Source: Mytilus edulis (lineage: Eukaryota). From it: DNA of 64,000 nucleotides. The position numbers and the translations under genes are program-made. Position 1 is the first letter of the stretch, and every line of letters begins with the position of its first letter. Positions 26,201 to 41,200 of this stretch are shown piece by piece. The stretch lies in NCBI RefSeq assembly GCF_963676685.1, contig NC_092344.1, positions 33,852,001 to 33,916,000 of the forward strand. The letters are read 5' to 3'. The notes beneath the pieces are model-generated. The model searched no databases. It saw only the letters and a list, made by a program, of their open reading frames with translations, and had not been told where the DNA came from.

Positions 26201-29200
26201 AACACAGCATGAAAAAATATCAACACAACAGAAGACAACAAGTACTTCAAACATTACGAAAACATCAGTTGTATCAATGACGTCAAAGTCTCAAACCAAA
26301 CTTAAACTATTGGCTAAGACGACCACACCACCACCAAAATTGACCGCATCAACAGTTTCGGCATCCAAACCTTATAAAACAACACCAGCAAAACTAACAA
26401 AACCAACAGTTTCCGCACCACTTGTAAATCGTATACCTGAATGTCCAGGGGTATTTGCGTATGGAATACAATGGCCAGCAACGAGAATAGCTGCAACAGT
26501 TAAGCAGCCTTGTCCTGAAACGGCAGGTACGAACTACATATTTTACTTAGAAAATCTTTTTAAACAAGGATTTACACTCAACATATGATTTATGACTCTT
26601 TCAAAATGCCTGCGCATCTTTGGTTCTAATTTTTTTTTATGAAATAAGTGCTTATAAAATTAAAGTATAAAAAATACTGATTTGTTTAGAATTTACATTA
26701 GTTTAATGATGAACTATATACATTGCTTACAGGATATGCAACCTGGACTTGTGTTCCGGACTCAGGCTGGAAGGAACAACCAAATCTAACAGAATGCTCA
26801 TCATCTGATATCCAAAGAATAAACAAAATGGTAATTATCTGTCGTATGCATATGATTAGACATTATATTAAATCAGACAAAGAATTGTCAAAACGTTTAC
26901 AATCTCTTGCATTACCGGGTCATGTTTTTTTCAACTTTTTCGTCCATTATTTCAAGTCAATTTAAATTATTTCCTACTAGAGTTAGACAGCATTATTTTT
27001 TTACTGTAAAACAACTAATTTTCTCAAGTGATTCGTTTTAGCAACCTTTCCAAGGAAAATGTAAAGCTTCCTTTTTATTTTTTAACATTTTCATATTCCC
27101 ATTTAATACTCAAACTAATATGTTATACAGCATTGTATTAATAATGTACACACATGTTTATTGTATACAGGTAGATTCAGTTATCAATCACAAGAGCGTT
27201 CCAACAACAGAAGATATGGTATCGATTGCAGCCAACTTGACAGAGAGTGTTGTCACTTCATATCACATGACAGCAGCAGATATTTCAACATCAACTGCCA
27301 TCCTTCATCAAATGGCGAAAGCAAAGCCTAAAAATGTAAAAGAAACAGAAACGATGCTCAAGGTAGGCTTAGAGTGTCACAGCAAATTGATTATTTATTT
27401 TAACAGAGGGACGAAAGATACCAAAGGGACAGTCAAATAATCTTCACTCAAATAACATTGAATATTAAGAAACTATTAATGCCAAATGGCTTCAAAATAA
27501 GAACCGGTGAAGGATCAGACAATTCCATGGTTAAAAGCACAACCAAATTATTGAAATGAAAGCGGTTCACAAAACAGTATAATGAAAAGTAAGGGTTAAA
27601 AATATGGACTCCATTGAAAAACTGGTGTATTTTTTTAAGCAATCGAAGGAAAGAATATCTTGATAAGAAAAATAATTACAAACTTGAAACAGAAATATGT
27701 CTTGAAGGGATTTTGGTTGATGTACATGAAAAATACACTTATGCGATACAAGTAAACAATACAAATATCAAAAGAGCGTATCAATTCCTGTCATTGACAA
27801 AAGGCATCAAAAACTAATATATTATGTAACTGTCCCCAATTCAGAAGGTTGTATATCAGTGGTTGTCATTGCTTGTTGTCTGTCATAGATATAGGAAGAT
27901 GTGGTGTGAGTGCCAATGAGACAACTCTCCATACAAATAACAATTTAAAAAGTAAACCATTATAGGTTAAAGTACGGCCTTCATTTTTCTGTTTTTCATT
28001 TATTGTTTGTCATACATTTGGCCCTTGTTTTCATCTTTTGAATTGTTTTACAACTTTTCATGTCGGAGCCTTTCATAGTCTTCTCTACGGTATGTTTTTT
28101 AGTCGTTTCTATGGTTCCTTTCAGTTTTTTTTTTAATCATAATTGTTATTATGCTGTTTGCTTTTAAAGCCAAATTAGACTTTTGACCCCAATTTCACGG
28201 TCCACTGAACATAGAAAATGAAAGTGGGAGTTTCAGGTTAAAGTTTTTGGTCAAGGTAGTTTTTGATGAAGCTAAAGTTCAATCAACCTGACACTTAGTA
28301 CACTTGTTGCTTATGATATGATCTTTCTAATTTTAAAGCAAAAGTAGACTTCTTACCCCAATTTCACGGTTCACTAAACATAGAAAATGAAAGTGGGAGT
28401 TTTAGGTTAAAGTTTTTGGTCAAGGTAGTTTTTGATGAAATTGAAGTCCAATCAACTTGAAACTTAGTACATATGTTCCCTATAGTATAATCTTTCTAAT
28501 TTTAATGCCAAATTAGATTATGACCCAATTGTTACAGTCAATGAAACATGGAAAAGGATAGTGCAAGTGGGGCATCCGTGTACTTTGGACACATTCTTTT
28601 TTTATTTAACGTTCATTTTTTACATTTTTTATAGTTGTTTTTATTATTTTGTTATAAATGTATCTACAGGAAGTTGTTAAGGCCGGGAACTACCTCTTCA
28701 GTAAAACAGAATCCAGTAAAAACATCGAAGCAGACGACAAAGAACGTGCTGCATCAGACCTCTTGTTTGTTATGGAGGATACAGCTTTAGGAATGACAGA
28801 CTCTCTTCAGACCACTGCATCAATTAGTACGAAAACAGAAAAAATATGTAAGTGAATTTAATTTAAACAATTATTTTTCATTTTCTAGAATATTAACAAA
28901 ACAATGCATCTAGTACATTTATATATACATATTACATTTTTGTTTTTATTTTATATGAGGGCAATTTCAAGAAGATTTATTGTAATTTTAGTAGCTATTT
29001 ATTTCTATTTATTTTATTAAACGAATGTATCGTTAGTAAAAAGATTCATCAGTTCCTGTTTGACTTATAATTGAGATTGGCTGTTTGGTATCTGCCGCCT
29101 TACGCCTGTTGTACAGTTGCCTATAATCGCCCATGTCATTTGAACTACTAGAATTATGGATAATTATTTCAATGGCAATCATACCTCATCTCCTTATATA

Positions 29201-32200
29201 TCATTGTAGATGTTTCACTCAACGTAATAAATATAAATTCTTCTACACAAGACTTGGAATACAACAACGGAGAAGAAGGAACAAGTTTCATAATACCATA
29301 CTCAGTTTTACAAAAATATAAAATAGGTAAATATTGTAGTCAAAACTAATTTTCTAAATAAAAGTGTACCCAGAGGACAGAACAGGCATATAATACAGAC
29401 TGACATCTACAGAAGACTCACCAGCTACACACTGATCAAATAGATAGAAAATCAAATCAATCAGAAAGACAATGGCTTTTAAATTTTCGAATACATCTTT
29501 AAACAACAAAATTAGTGGGATAATGTAAATCATAATTTTAAGATGACAAACGACTACACACTTGCAAGACGAAATACAACAAACCAACAAGAACCTTATC
29601 CAAAATGAAGTGAATGAAAATATTGAATATATTCTAAACTAATACATGTTAAAATATAAGATAGAATATATATCTCCAAAGTAAATACACTGTAAGTCCC
29701 ATTACTCTTGTTCAAAACAATTGATCATATTGTTTTCCACATTACGGTCTCACATTGAATATCTTAAAAAGTCTGGTGACTCTATTGCACATCTATCCAT
29801 CTCAACTTCAAATACTAAAATTGAGAATGGAAATGGGGAATGGGGAATGTGCCAAAGAGACAACAACCCGACCATAGAAAAAAAAAACAACAGCAGAAGG
29901 TCACCAACAGGTCTTCAATGTAGCGAGAAATTCCCGCACCCGGAGGCGTCCATCAGCTGGCCCCAACTAAACCTTAACTTCAATGATGTTGTTTACAGAT
30001 GGATTAGTGAAAGCAGTATTCATGACTCATTACAATCTGGGTAATATTCTGAAGATTAACGACGATACGGTTGATGTAGAAGTTGCCAGCAATATCGTAT
30101 CAGCTTCAATAGCCGGAGACAAAACCATTGAATTTCCATTGAGTCCTGTCATATTTACCATCCAGTTATCACGGGTAAAAAAACTATTTTTTAGTGTTTT
30201 TATATAAAAAAAATGTGGTGATGATAAAAATTTCTTTTCTTAGGAATGTCAAAACTATTTATATTTTTAAATTGTTCTTTGAATTTGTTGAGCTTTTCAG
30301 AAATATACTATTATTCATATCAATTTATTTACTCTAAGATGAGAATACATATGTATTTCATTATGCAAGGAATACCATTCTCTATCTGCTCTAAAGAATG
30401 ATATTTCAATAACTTAATTATATAAGATTTTTCTTTATTTCAGACCTACGGGGAAGCTGCTCAACCTTTATGCTCTTTTTGGAATTTCTCGGAAGGGTAA
30501 GTTGAATATCATTTTAATAATAAAGTATGTTAAAAGAGAAAACAGAACTTTGTTAATAATATAATAAACAACTTTTGTATTAAAAATAGCCATAGAGTAG
30601 ATACTTTATGAAATTATTAGTGAACTGTACTCACCCTTAAGAGACATAATGTCTAAATTTTCGACTAATTGTAAATAAAACTTAATAAAGTTTGTTCGTT
30701 TGAAGTTCTTCGGGATTTACCTCGTGTTTCATCAGAAATAGCAAACTTTTGAATACCAATTAAGAATTGAATGCTTCTTTTTGTAAATTTATTGGGGTGT
30801 AAAAGCGTTGACCGAAGTACATTTTGTGTGAAGCGCGGAAGCGCTTCATTCTAAAAATGTACGCACGGTCAACGCTTTTACAACCCTATAAAGTTACAAA
30901 AAGAAGCATTCAATACTTATAATTACATTTTTTTAGCTATGATCACGAAAACACGAATTTTATATATTTTATTATTTAATTCACCTGTGCACTTTATTGT
31001 TGGAGCACGTGTTATCATGAATGAAAAGTTGTATTGAGCATTACAACTGCTTACGGAATAACACGTGATGTGCAGTTAGCCAATCAGAATAAAATATTAT
31101 AATGAAACATACATCTAATGTAATTATTGATGTATGAAAACATGAGGAGAATAGTCCAACCGTCTGACTGTCACTTTGCATGATAGAGTTATAGTTCCTT
31201 AGTCTCTAAATAGTTTCTAAATTAGAATTCTTAATCGAATATTTCAATAATGAATTGTTTCATTGTCATATTTATAATTATTATTCAGTGTTTATGGACA
31301 ATGGTCACAAGAAGGTTGTAACCGTATCAAAGAAAATGCAACGCATGTGACATGTCAGTGTACCCATCTAACAAACTTTGCTATATTGATGGATGTTTCT
31401 GGAGTAAAGGTACTATACTTATTAACAAGATAATTATTGACTGGATTTAGAAATTAAGTTACAGAGATACAAAATGAACATCAACATGCCACATCTTAAA
31501 TATTTATTTTATAAGATATCGTAACTTCCAAAAAATATTCGAAAACATAGAAAGCATCGTTGATTGTCTGATGTATGTAAAAACAAGAATGTGTCCTAAG
31601 TACACGGATGCCCCACTCGCACTTCCATTTTCCATGTTCAGTGGACCGTAAAATTAGGCTTTAAAGTCTTATTTGGCATTGAAACTAGAAAGATCATATC
31701 ATAGGGAATCATGTGTATTACGTTTCAAGTTGATTGCACTTCAACTTCATCAAAAACTATCTTGATAAAAAACATTAACTTGAAAATCGCACTTTTATTT
31801 TCTATGTTCAATGGACCGTGAAATTGTGGTCAAAAATATATTCCCCATTGAAATTTGAAAGATCATATCATAGGGAACATGTGTACTAAGGTTCAAGTTG
31901 ATTGGACTTCAACTTCATCAAAAACTACCTTGACCAAAAACTTTTACCTGAAGCGAGACAGACAAACGAACAAACGGACGGACGAACGAACGGACCCACA
32001 GACCACAAAACATAATTAATGCCCCTCTACTAGGTGGGGCATAAAAACAGTGAAGCATTATCATGTCTATCTCATAAAAGTATTGAAAAAATGAACATTG
32101 TATTTATACATTTCAGCTGACAAACGAACACACACAATTCTTGAGATATATTACTTTTGTTGGCTGTATCATCTCTATTGCTTGTTTAGCCTTGAGTTGG

Positions 32201-35200
32201 ATCACATTTCAATGTGTCAGGTAAAGAAAATTATATATTTATCTAGATGTTTTGTGCTTAAAGATTATGTTCCTACCAGAACTGTATCAATTTGTTTTTC
32301 TAGTCTGTAATGTTCTTTTTTCATAATTGCCGGCAAGATCACATTTTCATATACCACAATGTATTCATGTATTTTTTTTTCATTTTAGATCTTTGGATGG
32401 GGAACGAAATTCAATTCACAAAAATCTTGTATTTTGTCTATTTGCTGCCGAATTAATATTTATAGTCGGTATTGACAGAACAGATGATAGGGTAAGTAAA
32501 TATGTAATGTTTATATCCTATTTGTTTATGCATAAACATATATATTCAAACAGAAAAAACGTAAAATCACAAAAATACTGAACTCTATAAAAAAAATAAA
32601 AAAACGCAAAGTCCCGAATCAAATGGGAAAATCTAATGATATAACACATCAAACGAATGGACAACAACTGTCATATTCCTGACTTGGTACAGACATTTTG
32701 AAATATAGAAAATGGTGGATGGAACCTGGTTTTATAGCGCTAAACCTCTCACTTATATATGACAGTCGTATCAAATTTGATTATATTTAGCAAAACAGAC
32801 ACAACAGGTAAATAATCAAAATATAGGTATAGCAGTCATCACTATGTCACAATCTCGAAACAAACAAATATTAAACAAAAAGTATAGATAAACCAATGAT
32901 ACCAATCTATAAGTAAAACTGGATATACTATTTTTGGAACATTTTCTAAGAAATATAACTCTGTTAAAATTTGTGGAACATTTTCTAAGAAAAAAAACTC
33001 TATTAAAATTGGAACAAATTCATTTTTATTTGCAATTAATTTATTGATTTTTACGTCATTTGGTCCCTTGGGTATGATTTTGAATCATGATTTCAAAAAT
33101 AAACGCGAATCTAAGATTCTCATACAAATATTGGAGCCCCTAGATTCTAACAGTTTAGACATATAACAAACTTGTTTGTATTTACACATTTCACAATTAT
33201 CCTAAAAGCCTTTTATTATTTAAATGATTTCCTAAATCTTTTTGTGTTATTTCAGGTTTCCTGTGCAGCTATTGCATTGCTCCTTCATTTCTTTTTCCTG
33301 TCATCTTTTATGTGGATGTTGATGGAAGGTGTCCACATTGTAGTTCTTCTCCAACAAGTCTTTGATGCCGCCAAAAATAATATGAGATATTACTACCTCG
33401 CAGGATATGGTAAGTATAATACCAACAATAACATGGAATTTTCTGCGACTGTCATACAAGTGAGAGGTTTGGGTAACTATAAGACCATGTTAATTCAACA
33501 TTTTCTATATAAGGAAACGCATTTATACTACTAAAAGTATGTTGCACTTTAGTGTTTCTGTTATAGTTGATGTCTTAGCCTTGGGTTTAGTTTGTAACCT
33601 AGATTTTTTTCTCACAATCGATTTATGCTTTTCGAACAGCGGCATACCTTCGTTGCCTTTATGTTCAAAGTCGAGGAATATTTTCCGTTCGTTTGATGTG
33701 TTTGAGCTTTGATCCAGGACTTTCCGATTGGAATTTTTCTTGGAGTTTGGTCTTTATGTTATTTTACTTTTTGTTACTTATGACTTCAACGCTCAGCAAT
33801 GGTTGATAAAAGTACTGATAGTCTTGTAATTTAAAAGAGAAAAATAACATTTGATCTCTCTGGCTGAACAAACGCAGAAATAAGTGTCATAATAGGTTTA
33901 CATCATCACAATTGAAAACCCACTATGGCTATCAAAAGCTAACACACTTTGTTTATACAGAAGATTATATACAATTATAGGAGAATTATACACAACTGTG
34001 AAGTGAAAATAACAGTAATTGATTCTATATTTGGTGCTTACGAACAGGAGACACCTTTCTAGATACACCTTCACCAGGAATTCTCTCGCTCTAAAATGTG
34101 ACCCCGTTTATGGCCAATTAAACAAAGAAAATTTTGTTGCCATGCCGTCTTTTTGAATCTGTTAAGATGACTATAGTTGCTGGAACTTTATTCTTAATAC
34201 CGTCGCTGTACAAACACTGATGACAATTGTCTGTTGCTGTAGACAATCTTTACATCCGACGACAGTCTTGCTCATTTCAGATCAATAATTTTATAATTCA
34301 TATAATGTATTCTCATTTTAGGGGTATCAATTACAATTGTTGGTACAACAGCTGGTATAAATTTTAAGGCATATGGAACAGAAGATTTGTAAGTACAATA
34401 ACAAATTCAAATTTAAATTCAAAATTTAAAATTCAAATTCAAATTTAAAATGAAAATTGTATTGCCATATAAACTTTACAGTTTGTAAAATATAACAAAA
34501 ACAAAAACAAATTAGACAATAACTAAGTAACTCAATTGACTTTTAATAAAGGATCCTAGTTTATTTATTCACTTGTGTTGGTGTTGATGGGTTAAGTATA
34601 TAGACAACTTTGTCATTGTCAGTGAAATTACCAAATGAATTATCTTCTATGATAATGCAATTAAAATATGCTAATCTAATATTAGAATTGTGAGAACAAT
34701 TCAATAGGAAATGTTTCTCATCATCTAGTACTTTGCATTTTTTGGCAAAGTCTCTCTTCGCGAGGATTTTAGTATGCCTTCCTTTTTAAATTTATATTGA
34801 ATGATCACTGATTCTAAGTTTTATAATTAATTTTCTAAATTCAAAATTTGAGTTAGAGAGGAAAGGTTTTATCAATAGATAGGAATAACAAGAAGCTAGA
34901 TAATCAAATAAAATAAACAATATATCTGATTTGTATATGGTATGTTTTGTTTAAATGTTCATATGCATTTTTTCGCTTTCCTAGAGATAATAAGGAAAAA
35001 CCCACGGATTGAGAAAAAAACTACTTTATAGTCATAGTTACATGTTTGTACTATAATTGATAATGCGAGGTAATGAAGTCAAAATAAAAATATGTTAAAA
35101 GTTTCTTTTACCTGTCCTGTTAAAAAAGTTTGATGAACTTGGCAATCGTATACCACATCTTCTCATGATTTTAATATACATTTGTAACTGAGATTTGAAA

Positions 35201-38200
35201 TTGTGTCATATGTTCTATATTTTGCATGTAAATACAATTATAAATTAAATTCCATCTACTTCAGCTGCTGGATAACTACAGACCAATGGTTCATTTGGAG
35301 TTTCACGGGACCAGTTGCTGTGATATTGATAGTAGGTTTTCATTTATATTGCCATACATATAAATTAAGTTAACGCTTTACATAACTATGATTTTTTTCA
35401 TATAACAAAGTATTTTCTACTCCAGGAATAGATAATATTAGATTTATTTTGGAAAAACCTTTGGTTTTCTCGATGTTCTTGAACTACGAACCTTAGCTTA
35501 ATTTGGCAATTCCGGAATTTTGAATTCCCAATGGTCTTCAACTTCGTACTGTTTTTTGCTTTTGTTACTGTTTTTATTCCAGTGTCACTTATAAGTCTTT
35601 TGTGGAAGAAACGGTCGTCTTGCGTAAAATAAAATTGTATTCCTGGTATTTATGATAAGTTTATTAATGTCTTAGACCTATAGATAACAGAACAGTCATA
35701 TGATATGATATGTGTTTCAACGGTTGTGACAATTTTACTGAGTGTGGATCTATATGGGGTGATGTGGGAGTAATGCATGCGTATTACAGGATGCCCTGTT
35801 TATGTCCCGTATCTACATACCCCTGGAGTTCTTTGGATTCCCTAATGTTGTGTTTGTTAACTGCATTTATCTTTAAACGATTGATGAGATTTGAATATCA
35901 ATAAACTACTGTTACCTTAGACATGTGCTTTTAGGATATAATAGTTTTAACTTTGTAAATACGAAAAATCAAGTTTTATATCAGGTGAATGTTAGGATTA
36001 GTATCGTTTGTTCAATTCAGTAATTAAGTCTCCCAAACAAAGTTTGGAGACTTATTGTTTTTGGTCAGTTCTTATTATTTTTATTATTCTTCTTCCTCTT
36101 CCTCTTCCTCTTCCTCTTCCGCCACTTTAAAAAATGAACTTGTCCGCAGCGTTTCTCCAAAACCGCTTGTAAGATTGACTTAGGATTTCGTAAAATGGTA
36201 GACTAATATGTCTAGGTGAGCCATCAATCTTTCGTTTGTGCATTGGGGTCTATTAAGGGCTATTTTGGGGGGTAGAAAGAAGGGAGGGTTTTACTATAGA
36301 ACCCTATGGGATTTTATTTTCTAAAAATTTCAAATGAATATAACTTGAAAACTGTAAGTGGTAGATACATGCAGTCTTCAGAAATGATTATAGGACAATA
36401 AAACAAATCACATGAAATATAGGTGGAGTCCCTGGGAGTTCATCCCCACCCCCTTTAATTTGAGAATATGCTTATATCTTGTAACCGATCCAGATCCCCA
36501 CCCCTAAACCATATATATTCCTGATTAGGACAACAAAACAAATCAAATGCAATTAAAGGGAGGTCCCCGGGGGTCATCCCCACCCCGTTCAATTTCATAA
36601 TGTGCTATTATCTTGTAAATGGTCCAGATCCCCACCCCTAAACCATATATATTCTTGTAGGGGACAATAAAACAAATGAAATGAAGTTAAAGGGAAGTCC
36701 CTGGGGGGTCACCCCACCCCCTCTTGTTTGAAAACTTGTAAACGGTCAACATCCCCACCCCTATAGTTGCCGTCAGCTGAAATTCGTAGCGGTTATCGGT
36801 AAAAATAATCTAAACTATCAATCGCGTTCACTCGAGATATAGTTTTTCACATTCCATTCATAAGTCGCAAAAAGAAAAACCACTACTGACCTACCTTTTA
36901 AGTGATCGCACTGTAATAATCCTGACCTTCACTTTTCATAGACGATTTTGAATGGTGGAATCAGCCATTGTTTTTACCGGAAGTGTTTCCGTGGAGTTCA
37001 ATTTCATAAAATTTGCATAAAGCGCGGGAAACCTTATCACATCAATGAAAGGAACATTTCAGGAAACTGCGTACAGTGACGAATGTCATATGTAAACAAA
37101 TGATCCTCATAGAAACGAAGATGGCGGAATTACAATGGAAAATATTCTGGAAAATGTGAAGGTCAGGATTATTACAGTGCGATCACTTAAAAGGTAGGTC
37201 AGTAGTGGTTTTTCTAAATGCGATTTTTGAATGGAATGTAAAAAACTATATCTCGAGTAAACGCGATTGATAGTTTAGATTATTTTTACCGATAACCGCT
37301 ACGAATTTCAGCTGACGGCGACTATAAACCATATATATTCTTGTAGGGGACAATAAAACAAATGAAATGAAATAAGAGGGAAGTCCCTAGGGGGTCACCC
37401 CACCCCCTCTTGTTTGAAAACTTGTAAACGGTCAACATCCCCACCCCTAAACCATACATATTCTTGTATGGGACAATAAAACAAATCACATGAAATTAAA
37501 TGGAAGTTCCTGGGGGTCACCCCCACCCCGTTCAATTTGAGAATGTACTATTATCTTTTAAGCGGTCCAGATCCCCACCCCTAAACCATATATATTCTTG
37601 TAGGGGACAATAAAACAAATGAAATGAAATAAAAGGGAAGTCTGGAGGGGGTCACCCCACCCCCTCTTGTTTGGAAACTTGTGAACGGTCAACATCCCCA
37701 CCCCTAAACCATATATATTCTTGTAGGGGACAATAAAACAAATGAAATGAAATTAAAGGGAAGTTCCTGGGGGTCGCCCCACCCTGTTCAATTTGAGAAT
37801 GTGCTATTATCTTGTAAACGGTCCAGATCCCCACCCTAAAACCATATATATTCTTGTAGGGGACAATAAAACAAATCAAATGAAATGTAGGTAACTTCCC
37901 TGGGGGGTCACCACCACCCCCTCCTGTTTGAATACTTGTAAATGGTGGAGATCCCTACTCGTAAGCCATATATATTCTTGGGACAAAAAATCAAATCAAA
38001 TGAACATATGAATGGCGAGTTATGGGAGCTTTGTTTGGGAGATTTCGTAACAGCATCCTGTTACAATTACTTCTTGTTCTTACATTGAATTTAATATTAG
38101 AAATAATATTATTTTATGTTATTACATAGTTTATTCAAACCGAAATTGTGATTGTATATCAGTATTACTAGATTCATTTCACTTGACTGGGCGGAGTTTA

Positions 38201-41200
38201 AGAAGTTCGCTCATTGAAGACCAGTCCATCCATAGACAGGAGTTTTGGGATAAGCTCATCAATGAAGTGTCCAATTATTCGTCCCATACCATACACTCAG
38301 TTCTTTTGTATATGCCTTTGGTGACACTGATTAGTGATTAGAATTCAATAATATTATAACGGCAATCATCCTTATCACACACATTTTCAAATAGACTGTC
38401 CTTATGCAAATTAAAACATAAGCTCCGCCCCATCAGTTGAAATACATGCGTCTTACCACAAATACCGTTTAACCGAATTACCTAAATTGGGAATCAAAGC
38501 TCGGCTTTTTTCTAAATATAATTTACAAATAGCTGACTGTTAGAAATTATTGCTCTAATTTTAATTAGTACAGCAGTGAAGTATGACACAATATATAATT
38601 TATGAAACATATACGAATATGCGCATAATCTAAAGATTACATAAAGTAAGATATTATTGATGATTACACTGTTTATAGATAATGACCAGATCAATTTCAT
38701 ATCTTTTTCAGATTAATACAATAGTTCTTATGTACGCCTTATCAATGGTATGCAGACATTCGGCTTACGTATTTGCAAGAGAAAAAAGTCAACAAAGTAA
38801 TTTCAGGTGAGAAAACGAATGTATCTTAGAATTAATTACAGATCATCCCTGGTTTTTATTGGCGTTCCTGTTGCTCAGTCATTAGTTTGTAGCAGTTTGT
38901 TGTAGTTAATTAACAACGACAGCACTTGTAAAAAGTAAAATAACAAAAATACCGAATTCCAATGAAGATTAAAATCGGAAAGTGCCAGTTCCAGAGCTCA
39001 GTTAAACTGATTGAAAGATTATGTCATCAGTCATATGAAAATCAAGCACAATCACTCTCGTTAGGGGTTAAGTATCCATACCATCATAAAATATATGAGA
39101 AGAAAATAACTCGTATCATGTGGACAACTGGTATAAAAATAAATGTGTTTATTTCCGATACAAAGACCCTATGACAAATGTATGAGTCAATATTAATAAC
39201 AAAATATGCCATCTTAAATAATCTGACAACTTTATCGTGACTATTTCCCTTCCGTATATAAATCTGTTTAAAGGTTTTATTAAAGAATTGAATGCTTCTT
39301 TTTGTAAATTCATTGGGGGTGTAAAAGCGTTGACCGAAGTACATTTTGTATGAAGCGCGGAAGCGCTTCATTCTAAAAATGTGCGCAAGGTCAACGCTTT
39401 TACAACCCTATGAAGTTACAAAAAGAAGCATTCAATACTTATAATTACATTTTTTAGCTATGATCAAGAAAACACGAATTTTATATTGTTTTTATTTAAT
39501 TCACCTGTGCACTTTATTGTGGGACCACGTGTTATCATGAATGAAAAGTTTTATTGAGTGATGCAATTGCTTACGGAAGAACACGTGATGTGCAGTTAGC
39601 CAATCAGAATAAAGTATTATAATGAAACATACATCTAATGTAATTATAAGCTTTTGAAGTGAATGCTGACATTTTAGTGTGTTGTAAAATAATATTATCA
39701 TAAAAGATTGGATATGAAATACCTGAACGTGTAAGATGTCTGCACGTTGATTTATATTTACAAATCATGTCCTTGTATCGATGATATACAACAACTTTTC
39801 AGTAATACAGAGATTTTTTTCGTTAAAATCAAATACGTTGTAATAACATTAACGGTACCAATTTTCCTACACCCGATGAGCATTTCGACAATACCTGTCT
39901 CTTCAGTGATGCTCGTGGCCAAAATATTATGAAATCCAAAGCTTACATAAAAGATGAAGAGCTATAATCCAAAAGGTCCAAAAAGTATAGCCAAATCCGT
40001 CAAAGGAATCCGAGATTTGCATGAGAGAGATACATTTCTTAATTTATAATAATTTCTAACATTTTGTAACATGCACGAGCGAATCGAAAAACTTGAGATA
40101 TACAAGCACCTTAAGATGGTGAAATAGGAACGTTACAATCTTAAAAGGGATAATCAACAATAGGAAATGAAAAATAAAATTCTTTTAACATACTTTTTGA
40201 TATAAAACTCCCATTTAAGATATAGATATTAAGATCTAGAAAAGGGCAGTGTTTATTAGCTTTATCTATAGTCAGTTCAGCAGTATAAATCTCTGTAGCG
40301 TACATACTGAATTCGTCATTATTGTAAGCCAATATATAACCCAATTATTTGATAGTCCTATTATGTTTTTGTATCAGATTTTTTTTCGATGGAACTTTGT
40401 TGATTTTAGTCATAAATTGTACCTCATTCAGTTATAACAATACAGAGAAAGGTCCGCAATAGCTGGTACAATTGGAATTCCGATATTTTAACGATTTACG
40501 GAATCTTTATAGCAAACAACATGTTATCTAGTAAAAGATCAAGGGCAGTAAAGTATCAAAGCAAAATGACATAGTTCTTTTGTTTGTTGTTACGAAAAAA
40601 TGACATAAATAAAGGCTACAGTAGTATACATACCGCTGTTCGAAATTCATAAATCGATTGAGAAAAAAACAAATCCGGGTTACAAACTAAAACTGAGGGA
40701 AACACATGAAATATAAGAGAACCACGGCACAACCGGAAAACAACATTAAAATGTAACACACACACAGAAACGAACTATAATATAACAATGTCCATTTTCC
40801 TGACTTGGTACAGGACATGGTGGGTTGATCTTAGTTTTGTGGCATGTCAAACCTCCGCTTTTATGGCAACGTTAAATATAACATTTTAAGAGTTTGGATA
40901 TATATAGTCGCATTCTGAGTTTTGAAGTTCTCATTTAATAAGCATTTAAAACTTGGCTTCATAGAGCTTTAAAATACTTTCAAATCGAATCTGCTAAAGA
41001 GAATGCTAGCTGCAATTCAAATTCATTCACATCCGAAACTCTTGACGTTTAAGTTCAATTAAACTTTTTACATAGTTCATAGATTGTACTAAAATTATTT
41101 GGTTTTACAGAGCATGGATACAAGGTGCTTTTGCAGTTGAAGTTCTTCTTGGATCAACATGGGTATTTGGATATTTCTTCATCAATGAATCAACAGTAGT

